The notes beneath the pieces are model-generated. The model was not told the DNA's origin, did not search any database, and saw only the letters and a program-made list of their open reading frames with translations. A stretch of DNA of 64,000 nucleotides, from positions 165,668,664 to 165,732,663 of the forward strand of contig NC_068982.1 in the NCBI RefSeq assembly GCF_001194135.2. The letters are read 5' to 3'. Below, piece after piece: positions 26,808-39,200 of the stretch (position 1 is its first letter; every line of letters starts with the position of its first letter). Origin of the DNA: Octopus bimaculoides. Its lineage: Eukaryota. The translations under genes were made by a program, and so were the position numbers.

Positions 26808-27000
26808 CAACAACAACATCGAAAAATACCTTAGGAATGAGAACCCAAGTTCGAAATTTCTCCAAGACACCTGATGAAAGCTGGAGGGTATATCAGCCGA
26901 AACGTTGTGTTAACAACAAACAAGATGAGGACAAATATCCGTCAATTGTAAATAACGTAAATAATTTCTCATCTCTTAAATATAGAACTGTATTATTATA
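26695..27000 (+). mobile_element. Composite short element: tRNA-like head, (AAT)n(AAC)n spacer, hammerhead-containing tail
   Basis: A-box-like TGGCGTATAGG (26699) and B box GTTCGATTCC (26744-26753); triplet repeat ~26768-26818; hammerhead motif at 26866-26911. The 3' boundary is approximate. Confidence 0.6.
26866..26911 (+). ncRNA. Candidate minimal type-I hammerhead ribozyme
   Basis: Stem I GACAC/GUGUU; core CUGAUGA (26871-26877); extra A; stem II (A)GCUG-GAGGGUAUAU-CAGC(C); GAAAC (26899-26903); GUU cleavage triplet; palindromic AACGUU helix III. The closing pair of stem II is an A.C mismatch in this copy. Confidence 0.65.
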
Positions 27001-27019
27001 CATTTCTTCTGGCTTTAAT

Positions 27020-27295
27020 TTCTGAGTTCAAATTCCGCTGGGTTTCACTTTGCCTTTCATCCTTCCGGTAATAAGGCAGCAGGAGTAGCAGAGACAAGAG
27101 AAATAGCGACAGAAGAAGCAGCAAAAGGTTACAAGAAAACCAGTTGCAAGAGGAACAACAGCAACAACAATTACGAAAGCAATAATATCGGCAGAGCAAA
27201 ACCAATAACACTACCAAGAGCAAATTGAATACACGGGTCGATGTAATCGACTTACCACTCTCCCGAAATCGCTAACCTTGTGCCAAATTTGAAAT
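27020..27295 (+). mobile_element. Family A SINE split by a ~155-bp purine-rich insertion
   Basis: SINE body to ...CCTTTCATCCTTCCGG (~27068), unrelated purine-rich sequence, then resumes GGGTCGATGTAATCGACT (~27235). Confidence 0.65.
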
Positions 27296-27314
27296 CAGCA
27301 GTAGCAGCAGTAGC

Positions 27315-27388
<74 letters not shown>

Positions 27389-28096
27389 TTTTGTGTCAGA
27401 GTATTACGTGTAGTGACCGTATTTCTATTTGCTAAGATTTGCTAACCACGTGCTAAGTTTTCTGTATTTTCCAATGTATTATAATTCTTCCAATGTTGCA
27501 CGCCACAGACCAGTGCTGTTTGGAAAACCTGCAGCGTTGACTTAGTATTTGTCTGAACAGTTATTCCCGGGCCCCTATTGTTATGCAAACTGTTTCTCAT
27601 TTCGGCTCCTCACGGAACCATTAAAACGTTGGACTATTTTCCTTACGGTAGTTCATCCAATTATTTGCGTTCACAGTTCGAATACCGCCGAGGTTAACAT
27701 TGCTTTCCATTCTTTCGGACTCTATAAAATAATGTACAAGTCAAGTATTGGGATCACTGAAATTGTTTGTCCTGTGACAAAATTTGAAACAATTAATATT
27801 ATTACTATTATTTTTAGATCAAATCCGTCTTTCATCCTTCCAAAATAAGTCGGCAATTGACAAAATAAATGCAATACTCATACCTTCCGTTATATAATTC
27901 TGTCTCTCTGATAGATCTACAGCAATGTGTATGGGAATAGGCTTACCTTTATATACACAAAGAGATGTATATTAGTTACATCATATAACGGTACCCAATG
28001 ATGTGAGAATTGCAGAAACAGAAAAAAAAAAACTTGCATCCGTATATCAGCAAGTATTTATGTTGGTAAAATATAGCTGTATGTATGTATGTATGT

Positions 28097-28139
<43 letters not shown>

Positions 28140-28515
28140 TGTGTATATCTGCATATAGATCTGTGTGTGTGTGTGTGTGTGCGTGTGTGTGTGTGTGTGT
28201 GCGTGTGTTTATGTGTGTGTGTGCGTGTGTATTTGTGTGAGTGTGCGTGAAAATACGGATGTATGCATATGTGTATGCAAGAATATAGAAGGGAGAGAAA
28301 TATATGGACATATATACATATAAGTATATGTGTTATGTGTTATGTGTGTGTGTGTGTGTCTGAGTGCGACATCTTATAGATATATGAAATATATACATAT
28401 GTATAAGCATTCATATAAATATTTATCAACGCACACACACGCGCGCACTTATATAATATGCATACACCTGTGTAGACATACGTGTTAGTGTTATTTAGTG
28501 AGAGTATATATAATA

Positions 28516-28565
<50 letters not shown>

Positions 28566-28641
28566 TACATATATACATATACATATATATAGAAAGACAC
28601 CAGTACTTCTAGAACAGTCCCTCTACATACATCTCCCTCCA

Positions 28642-28680
<39 letters not shown>

Positions 28681-28854
28681 ACGTATGTATATATGCATAT
28701 ATATATGTATATGTATATACATATATACATGCATACACGCACGTATATACATATAGATATAAATGCATATACATACAAATATATACATATATATGCATAT
28801 ATGTGCGCGCGTGTGCGTGTTTGCATGAGTGTGTATGTGTGCGCGCGTGTGTGC

Positions 28855-28910
<56 letters not shown>

Positions 28911-29718
28911 TCCTTTTTTTCCTACTTTAGATATCGGGATATTCGAACGATACTGTTTTTATTTTATTCATATTTTCGTACACTTATTATTCTTTCGAAA
29001 AAATCTCGTTGGATGAACCATATCATCTTTTCCGTGCTTCACACACCACCAAAGCTAAATATCCATTTATGCCTGCAACAGCATTCATATCTAGCAGAAT
29101 ATTGTATTCAATAGGGAACACGCTTATTGAAATATAATCGAATATCGGCTTTTGCGAAGCATGTTTGTGAAACTCATGACCTGTTCACATGGCATTACTG
29201 ACCGAGGAGTTTCTCCTGCTGACAGTTTCTGCTGTAGAAAGCCCCCAAAGTCAACAAATGTATTGGAAAAAGCTTTTAAAATCAAGTTATTCTCTACCTT
29301 TCTGTATTCGTTGTTTACCACACCAAGAATGAAGATATAATTCAGCAACTGCTTAACTGAAGTATTCGTGAGTAATATACAGTTCTGTTCATAACAGTAA
29401 AAGCTATATTTACGATGGCTGACTCATAAAACTCCATTGATGTTTGATTTATTTAGGGAATCTACATATGGACGTGCGAATGTTTGCATATGTATGTGCA
29501 TACACTTGCATACTCACACATACGCACACACACACACACATACACACACACACATACACACACATACACACACACACATATATATGTACGTGTACAATTA
29601 TGCGTACATATATATGCACATATGTATTTGTACACGCCGCGTGCACACTCGGACACATAAATACATATTACATGACACATAGAAATGCATAAATGAATAT
29701 ATGTTTTTCTGTATGTCT

Positions 29719-29772
<54 letters not shown>

Positions 29773-30900
29773 ACACACAGAGACACAGAGAGAGAGACAC
29801 AGAGAGACAGAGATACAAACATACATACATACATACATACATACATACATAGGACGATAGAGGGATGAACAAAAAGATGGTTTGTCGGCTCCAATGTTGA
29901 AAGTAGGAAAGTCAAACTGATGTAAGGGCAAATATATAGATTGGCAGAGAGAAATTTGATATATGAAAACAGAATAAATATATTACATAATATATTATTA
30001 TAACTATATATACATATATTTATAACCAAGTATAAAATAAATATAGCAATGCTTCGAGCGCGCCACTAAAATATCAATTTCAAATATATGGACAGATTCG
30101 CAGAAAACCAGCAATACAAATATTAGCAAGAGAACTACAATATCAAGGAAGAAAATAAAACAAATTAGCTCAAGGAACATAATAAAAATATCAACAAAGA
30201 GTATAAAACGCATAGCTTTGTATCTATATGACCAAGATCATAGTGGCTTCCGCCAAAATAATATTGGGAGATAATATGTGTGCGCTCCTGTATTTTTGTG
30301 TGTCTGCACATATGTACACGACAGGCATATACACGCGCGTATATATATATATATATATATATNNNNNNNNNNNNNNNNNNNNNNNNNNNNNNNNNNNNNN
30401 NNNNNNNNNNNNNNNNNNNNNNNNNNNNNNNNNNNNNNNNNNNNNNNNNNNNNNNNNNNNNNNNNNNNNNNNNNNNNNNNNNNNNNNNNNNNNNNNNNNN
30501 NNNNNNNNNNNNNNNNNNNNNNNNNNNNNNNNNNNNNNNNNNNNNNNNNNNNNNNNNNNNNNNNNNNNNNNNNNNNNNNNNNNNNNNNNNNNNNNNNNNN
30601 NNNNNNNNNNNNNNNNNNNNNATATATATATATATATATATATGTTTGTATGTATGTATGTATGTATGTATGTATGTATGTATGTATTATATTAATATAT
30701 ATGTGTATGTGCATACATGTACATGTATATATATATATATACTTTATATTGCGAGTATAGATACGCACTCTCTCTCTCTCTTGCTCTTTTCTGTCTGTCT
30801 GTCTCTCTCTTTCTCTCTTTCTCTCTTTATGTCCCTCCTTTCTCTATCTCTCTCTCTTTCTCTCTCTCTATCTCTCTCTCTCTCTCTCTCNNNNNNNNNN

Positions 30901-30941
<41 letters not shown>

Positions 30942-32466
30942 ACATACACACACACACACACACTACATACGCGTACACATGTATGTATACTTGAAAAATA
31001 AACATAATTACTAGTACCCATGTAATTCAACCGTTGGATAAATCATAGGTTAGGCTTTACAATAGATGGATACTCGACCTTTCTGATAATATTTATGTGC
31101 ACTTATTGTGCGGACCGAGCTCTCGGTATAATATATCCGAATTTACTATATAAATTCTCGATAAACAAGATGGAAGAGAAATCATTCATGCTTTACAACC
31201 AACTATTGAATAATACCTAATTGTAATTTCTCAATAGTAACTTCATGTTTTATTTGTAATATTTCCGTCTGTGGATTTCAAATACCATTTCAAGCAAAAG
31301 TTTCTACATACATAATGTAAATATTTTATGTAAAATCTCTTATGATTTACTTCACATAAAGTAATGCTGAGTTAACCTCTAAATGCCATTATAATATACA
31401 ATGATTATCTCATGCTCTGATATTTTAGCTACCAGTTTACTGTTCAATGTTATCTAGTTTTGTCATTGGTGCATATAATATATAGAAATAAATGATTCCG
31501 AAGTTACCATCGGAAACGGGTGGTGCCGGCTTCGATATTCACTATGCGATAACTATAGGAAATATTTTCTTTCATAGTCTCGAGTCGGAGAGACATTTGT
31601 ATAAGAAATTGTCTTGACGAAAACTGTGTTCGTTCGTCGTATTGACTGCATCTGCGTTTCGAATGATTCAAACTTTCAAAATGTCTGAGAATAACATTAT
31701 ATGAAAGATTTTTCTTTAAAAAATATTCGAATAATTATCTATTACATATTGAGCAGGAAGCTCCCTTGTTCGCAGTCTGACAAATATCAACCGCAGTATA
31801 GAAATTGTATACGCATATACATATGTGTGCACATAAACACACATACACATACACCACACATACACACACATACACACACACACACACACTCACACTCACA
31901 CATATATATATATATATATATATGTATGTTTAAATAATAACACGAATGGGTTAAGGTTTACCACAGCTGTTTCAGACGTTTTTTTATTGAGGAACAAATC
32001 AATTACATCATGTAAAAAAAATTCTCTTCAGGTGAATAAAAATAAAATAAAATTTAACATTTAGAATTTTTCTCCTGCAAGCTTTTTTTTATGTATGTGT
32101 GTGTGTCTTAATTGCTCAAAACAGTGAAGAATTTCCTCATAAAAACTATGTAATCTGAAGTCAGTCTATGGTTGTAGATATATATTCGGCTAAACCTGGT
32201 TCACATATGAATTCAATGAGTATGGAGCTCAGTTGGTTGAACAATTCAATGCCCATCTTGATAAAGCTCAGCGTACATTGATACCTGCCTGTCATCATCC
32301 ATATGTACAGTAGATTTTTTTAAAGAATTTTAAACTCCACAGAATATATTAACGACTTGTAATTTAATGTACATGTCGTTAAACATTTTTAAACATTCTT
32401 GTAAACAACATTTTTTTCTGAGTTAATCTATTTGTATAAGTGTATAAATATGTGCGTATGTATGTA

Positions 32467-32504
<38 letters not shown>

Positions 32505-33243
32505 ATGTGTGTGTGTGTGCGTGTGTATGCATGTATATATATATATATATGCATATGCACAATACATAGACACACATGTGCAAATATGTGTATGTGCGAG
32601 TGTAAACATCTTCGAGCATCCGTATGTGCTTGCATATAAGCGTACGCGCCTTATATTCTTTCACATTCCCCAACAAATCTATTTTGATTAATGTATAATT
32701 ATGTTGTGTCGAGTAAACAAACCTCACCGTTATTGACATTTTTATTCAGTTAGCATGCTGATGCAATGTTATTATAACTAAAATTAGTTTGTTAACTCAA
32801 ATCTATATTGTTTTCAACTGTTTGCTGCATAACTTAGAACTCAATCAAAACAGTTGTATTTACTGTCCTTTCTTAATAAAAATAATATTCCTGATCTTAT
32901 TGATTAAGGTGAATCCATGTAACATTGCTGAAAGTTAATGTTTGAACGAATCTTAATGCATTTGCTGCAGCTTTATTGAGCCAAATAGTATAAAGCTAGG
33001 TGCGTTATTAGGAAATGAATAAATTAAGCTCAATTTCAAGATAAAAGGAAATATAAGACCTGTGGCTTACTTATTGCAAATCAAATAATAGGTATATTAT
33101 ATAAAGAATAAGCGAAGCGGGAAATTAAGAACTTTTAAATTAAATGTATTGAAGATAAAAGATTTTCCTTGATGGTTTCCCTGGATCCCCACGAAAGATC
33201 TCCGATTATTTGATCGTACACTTGGGCAATTGAAATGAATGTT

Positions 33244-33600
33244 TTATTTTATTTCAACGATATTCAATGTGTTTGAGAAGTTATGGTAAATGAAAAGTTC
33301 TGAAAAGAGAATCTGCCAGTCATCCACACGAAAGGCAATATCTAATCCTCCTTTAATACAGCTTGTATTCAACAGCTGAATAGAATGTCGGAAGCAATGT
33401 AGTTTTCTTTTCACACCGCAAACCTTGCGAAGCAATGCAGCGCTTTCATCAATATAAGTGTAACGACGTAAACGATGGAATCTGAAGAATGAGATTATAG
33501 ACGTCTTAGCAGACACAGATTTAATTCAATTATATTAGAAAATGTTGAAACAAGCTGTCTATGTCGTATTTCTTTGGTAATATGAGGAAAGAGGTTTAAT
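33244..33600 (-). mobile_element. Highly degenerate fragment, tentatively L1/Tx1-like ORF2 downstream of RT
   Basis: Joining two frames gives LNLCLL/AKTSIISFF...LRKVCGVKRKLHCFRHSIQLLNTSCIKGGLDIAFR, loosely like L1-clade NLSLLGKxxIIKS...FIWxGKxxRI...LxxxxxxGGLxxPDF. Similarity is weak. Confidence 0.3.
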
Positions 33601-35811
33601 ATTTGGTCGTTGGGTAATAGGATAAAAATGACTAAAATTGAAAAAGTACATTGGACATTAAAATTATCATCTATGACCGCAAGATATTGCTGAGAAGATA
33701 TCAACACTATATACGCTAAAATTAAAACGTTATAAACAAGTGTTAGGAACGCCATAATTTATATCTGTCATACCAACATATTTATGACTATTGAGTCATC
33801 CTGTTTTCATTTCATATTGCACTAACGCTAGATTTCGTCAATCGGAAAACTAATCCATATTTTCTCACTTAGATTTAGTGTGCTTCTTTATATATTCGTC
33901 AATGTAATAACAGTGAGGAGATAGTAAATATTTTACAAGTAATAAAGGTGACAGAGCTCAATTCTAGGAGAAGTATATGTATGTAAGTAAAAATATGACA
34001 TCTGAAAATGTTCACAAATATATATTGGAAAATATTCCTATCGAAAAGTGGTGGTCGATACTTACATAAAATGTGGTGCACAGCTCAAGTAAAATATATC
34101 AACTTAACTCTAGTTTAATAATGAAGTGGGTATCTTTTAGTTCAAAGGCAAAGACCGTTGAGTTAGCTGCAGTATTTATTTGAGAGTACAATAATATCGA
34201 TTTCTGACATAGGCAAGATAATTCAGTTCGGTTTAAGGGGTGTAATCGATTATAGAAGAACCCAAGCACTTGACTGGTATTTTGTTTTGTTATCCTAGGA
34301 AGAATGTAAATCGAAGTTGACTTTGCTGAAATAGGAACTCTGAATGTAAATGTCCGTAAAATGAAACTAAGAACGTCCAACTATCTAGCGACACTGACAG
34401 TCTACTACTCTCTGCAGCAATGAAGTTACTAATATATTAGCAAGAGAAAGACTGTTTGAGATAGCCTCGTAACTGTTATTGTGTCTCTTCATTGGCGATG
34501 CGTTCCATTTATACTAACAGCAGTGAATGAATGATAGTATACCGGCAAATAAATAGGTTCTGATTTCAAACAATTTTAATGTTGGCTTTGCATTTCATTT
34601 CCTCCAGGATGATAAAATAATGCATTCTCCCCAGGATTTGACCTTGTTTCAGAGTGAGAAATCAATAAGTAGATTGCCTGGAATTACATATCATATTTGA
34701 CTATATAATTTTGGAATCAATTGATTTCGCAATATGTCAGTTAGAATTTCCCTTAGCTGTTAATTCTGCAGTGATGACTTGAAAAATTAATTATTGATAT
34801 TGGTATTTAACTTTGACATAAGACTTATATTTAATGGAAAGAGAGATTATAATCAATTAAATCGACTTCAATATATTATTTCTGCGTCTTTTATCGGCTT
34901 CGGAAGTTTGATAAGCTAATAGCCCTTCGGCGATTCAAGAACATGTGATGTAGTAATACAAAGTTTTAATAGTAGTGTACTATGAATATTCCAGCGATCT
35001 AATCTGGGGTATTTGTTGCGCAACTACTTTTTCTCTCCCCAAGGACATAAGCCTAAATTTTAAGAAGGTTTCGACTAGAACATTTGACATGTATTCTTCC
35101 TTGCATCACCCTTCTTAACTCATAATATCCCTATGGTTGTAAGTGCGAGGTGAAGCGTTCCGGAGCGATAGAAGTAAATGAATGCAAGTTACTCCATTAA
35201 ATATCAAATGACATAAACGAAATTTATCCCAGTAAAAAGGCAGAGAGTATTCTGGAGAGTACTCTGAAGAGTATTCTGGACACAAACATGATCTGGTTGC
35301 TAAGCTGTCTCATCGAAAACCACCTATGAATTTTAGACATTGTCTCTTCAAACAGTAATTCTTCTAGAATAAACAGAATGAATATTTTGTCTTCGGAAAA
35401 AAGAAAAGAAAATGAAATAAATATTCACATAATTTTAAAGAGCAATGAAAAATCCTATATTTGCCGAAGTAATGAGAAATATACGGATAATACAAGAGAA
35501 ATATACTTTTAGATTTATAACTAAGCAGCAGTCTGGTAATCCACAACCAAGGAAGGATATATCCGGAATATATATTTCCATTTATAACTAACAGGTGTCC
35601 CCAGCACATACGTCGGATTCCCGAACTAAGACAGGATGCGTTTAAATTAGGAAATTACAATTATATAGCAGTCGTGGAACTATAAATATGTGTAAATCAT
35701 TCCCGAAATTATACACCTGTAAATAAGTGCATATCCAAAAATATAAAGCATCAAACACGCGAGTCAAAATATACAGATCTACAAGTGATGCCCCTTCTTG
35801 CATACACACTC

Positions 35812-35868
<57 letters not shown>

Positions 35869-36120
35869 GTGCATGTATATATGTGTACTGCTGTCATTCA
35901 CTAGATATATATATATACATGTATATATATACATATACATATATATATGAATATATACACTTATGTATATGCACGCATACACATACATTCCTTCAAATAA
36001 ACGCATACACACACAAACACTGGCGCATAGACAGTCATAGACACACACATACACATACACACACATACACATACACACACATACATACAAATGTATGCAT
36101 CTATGTATGTATGCATGTAG

Positions 36121-36222
36121 TTAGGTAGGTAGGAAGGTACGTAGGTAGGAAGGTACGTAGGTAGGTAGGTAGGTAGGTAGGTAGGTAGGTAGGTAGGTAG
36201 GTAGGTAGGTAGGTAGGTAGGT
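36121..36222. repeat. (AGGT)n microsatellite
   Basis: Direct reading. Confidence 0.95.
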
Positions 36223-36733
36223 ACTTACGTACGTACGTAAGAATATGTGTATACACATGTAAGTGCGTATATGTAAATTTTATAATTGTTAATAGCTCTG
36301 CTGTGCTTATATAAGTACCAATACGATCTCACGAACACGGAAATGACGCGTTGCAGAAATTGAAAATGTATCACGATTTAGTAAAACAATAAGAATGAAA
36401 AAAAAAACTATGCATATGTATTGTGTGATACATTCCCTCGTGATATGACAAATATGCATAGAGATACATTACATACATTGTGATGTGTGTGAGCACATAA
36501 TTACATATATATAGAGAGAGGGATGTACGTAAATATATACACACACACACACATATATGTATATATGTGTGTGTGTGTGTGTCTGTGTGTGTTTGTGTGT
36601 GTGTATGTATGTATGTATGTATGTATGTATGTATGTATGCATATACATTTCAATACAGAACCAAACGGATACACACACGCACATACATATACGCAAATAT
36701 GTCTTCAAATGTCTGCAGCTTATGTTAACCAAA

Positions 36734-36773
<40 letters not shown>

Positions 36774-36788
36774 CATGTACTAACTGGC

Positions 36789-36820
<32 letters not shown>

Positions 36821-37484
36821 ATGTGCGTGTGTGTGTATGTGTGTATGTGCGCGTGTGTGTGTATGTGTGCGCACGTGATATAATATTTATACATATATAT
36901 ATATATATATATATANNNNNNNNNNNNNNNNNNNNNNNNNNNNNNNNNNNNNNNNNNNNNNNNNNNNNNNNNNNNNNNNNNNNNNNNNNNNNNNNNNNNN
37001 NNNNNNNNNNNNNNNNNNNNNNNNNNNNNNNNNNNNNNNNNNNNNNNNNNNNNNNNNNNNNNNNNNNNNNNNNNNNNNNNNNNNNNNNNNNNNNNNNNNN
37101 NNNNNNNNNNNNNNNNNNNNNNNNNNNNNNNNNNNNNNNNNNNNNNNNNNNNNNNNNNNNNNNNNNNNNNNNNNNNNNNNNNNNNNNNNNNNNNNNNNNN
37201 NNNNNNNNNNNNNNNNNNNNNNNNNNNNNNNNNNNNNNNNNNNNNNNNNNNNNNNNNNNNNNNNNNNNNNNNNNNNNNNNNNNNNNNNNNNNNNNNNNNN
37301 NNNNNNNNNNNNNNNNNNNNNNNNNNNNNNNNNNNNNNNNNNNNNNNNNNNNNNNNNNNNNNNNNNNNNNNNNNNNNNNNNNNNNNNNNNNNNNNNNNNN
37401 TGTGTGTGTGTGTGTGTGTGTGTGATGCGTGTGTGTTCGCGCGCGCTTGTGTCTGTGTATTTCTATGTGTGTATGTAATAAAGG

Positions 37485-38522
37485 AGGAAGCAGAGAAGAC
37501 GCTAAAAATTATAGGCCCATGTCTCTGACCTGATACATCTGCAAAGTCATGGAACGAAGAGTCCGCTAGAAACAAAGTACGTTTCTTGAAGAGAATGACC
37601 AGGTAGAAGCTGCCTGACACGGCCCTTACAGCATTATGACTGTGTGTTAAAGTAGCTGCCCAACAACTCAAATGTAGGCGTGGTATATCTTGACTTAGCA
37701 AAAGCCTTTGATAAAGTCGACCATGGTATGATAAACCACAAGATGCGTGATCTTGGCATGAACAGTGGCTAAAAGATAGAAGTCAGGCAGTGGTGGCCAA
37801 TGGTGCTACCTCTTAGAAAGCACAATAGTGAGTGGAATTCCACAGGGCATAGCCATAGGGTCACTGCTATTCATAGTGGCCCACTGTGTCATGCCTTCAG
37901 CTGCTCAGATAGTCATATTTATTAGCTATGCAGATGATTCAAAATTCTCTCACAGGACACAGATCTTTGGAACAATTGCGCACCTGCAACAGGAGGTGGA
38001 CGCAGTTTACAGGAAGGCTGAGGAAAATAACATGCTGTTTAATGCTAGAAAATTTCAAGCCCTTCCTGCGATACCACCCTACAAAGCTGAATGAAATGCA
38101 CACAGGTTACATTGGCTGAGGAGGGATCGCAATTTTTGAATGAAAATCAGTGCGCGACCTGAGAAATGATATGAAGGCACCTTTCCAGGTAAATATGACT
38201 AAGTTGGCAATAAGATGCAGACGGCTGGCCGGATGGATCCTTCAAACATTCAGAACGTGAGACCAGGAAACCATGATGACCCTCTGGAGGACATATGTCC
38301 TCAGTCGATTAGGCAAAATTGTTTCTGCCATAATGTCACAGTGCGAAATTAATGGCAGAAACAATCCAGCGAAGCTACGCAAAGAAGATTGTCTCAATGC
38401 AATGTATCAACTGCTGAGAAAATCTGAGAACGTTAAGACTCTACTCCCTAGTACGTAGGTGGGAAAGACATACGGTAATATACATGTAGAAAGTCCTGGA
38501 AAAATCTGTACCAAACTTTGAT
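37485..38522 (+). mobile_element. CR1/L2-type LINE remnant, 5' part (second, older copy)
   Basis: GSREDAKNYRPMSLT*YICKVME; VYLDLAKAFDKVDHG; SGIPQGIAIGSLLFI...SYADDSK; NNMLFNARKFQ; GWILQTFRT. Confidence 0.9.
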
Positions 38523-38668
38523 GGCTATGTGGTAAGAAGCTTGGTTCCTAACAACATGGTTCTGTGTTCAGTCCCACTGCGTGGCACCATGGACAAGTGT
38601 CTTCTGTAACCTCGGTCCGAACAAAGCATTGTGTGTGTATTTGGAAGAGGGAAACTAGAAGGCCCGTC

Positions 38669-38700
<32 letters not shown>

Positions 38701-38925
38701 TTGTGTTTCTGCCACCCCCACCCCCCGCTTGGCAACTGGTGTTGGTCTGTTTGCGTCCTCGCAACCTAGTGGTTCAGCAAAAGTAACCGATAGAATAAGT
38801 ACTGGGCTTTAAAAAAAATTAAAGTATTGGGCTCGATACATTCCACAAAAATTCGTCAAGGCGGTGCCCCAGTATGACCGCAGTCTAATGACTGAAACAG
38901 AATACAAGAATACAAGAATAAAAAC
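38523..38925 (+). mobile_element. Full-length family B SINE inserted into the LINE
   Basis: GGCTATGTGGTAAGAAGCTTGG head, internal (TG)n, and GGCGGTGCCCCAGTATGACCGCAGTCTAATGACTGAAAC tail followed by (AATACAAG)n-like repeats. Confidence 0.88.
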
Positions 38926-39200
38926 AGCAGAACGGGGCGCCACTGCATAATGCCAAATATCCCAACATCGCCATCGAGATACAATGCATGGGGTAAATGT
39001 AGATGTCTTCAAAACAAAACTGGATTTCCTCTCTCAAGTATTCCGGATGAATCTACCTCACGACAGGAAACGCAGATGAGGGTTGCAGCATCACACTCTC
39101 TCATTCACCAAATGCCACACATCAGAGGTTTCCAGTGGAGCAGATGTGTTAAAGCTAACGGCTATGTTCCAACATGGTCGCATCTCTCGAACTGAAAAAA
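38926..39200 (+). mobile_element. CR1/L2-type LINE remnant, 3' part after the SINE
   Basis: AGAACGGGGCGCCACTGCATA matches CGAACTGGACGGCACTGCATT of the first copy (~22387); then GVNVDVFKTKLD-like coding and a decayed 3' tail. Confidence 0.8.

Noticed and set aside
29124-29348. 74-aa minus-strand ORF and overlapping plus-strand ORF with LEKAF
   Set aside because: Only a 5-residue resemblance to an RT motif, no supporting motifs, weak splice signals.
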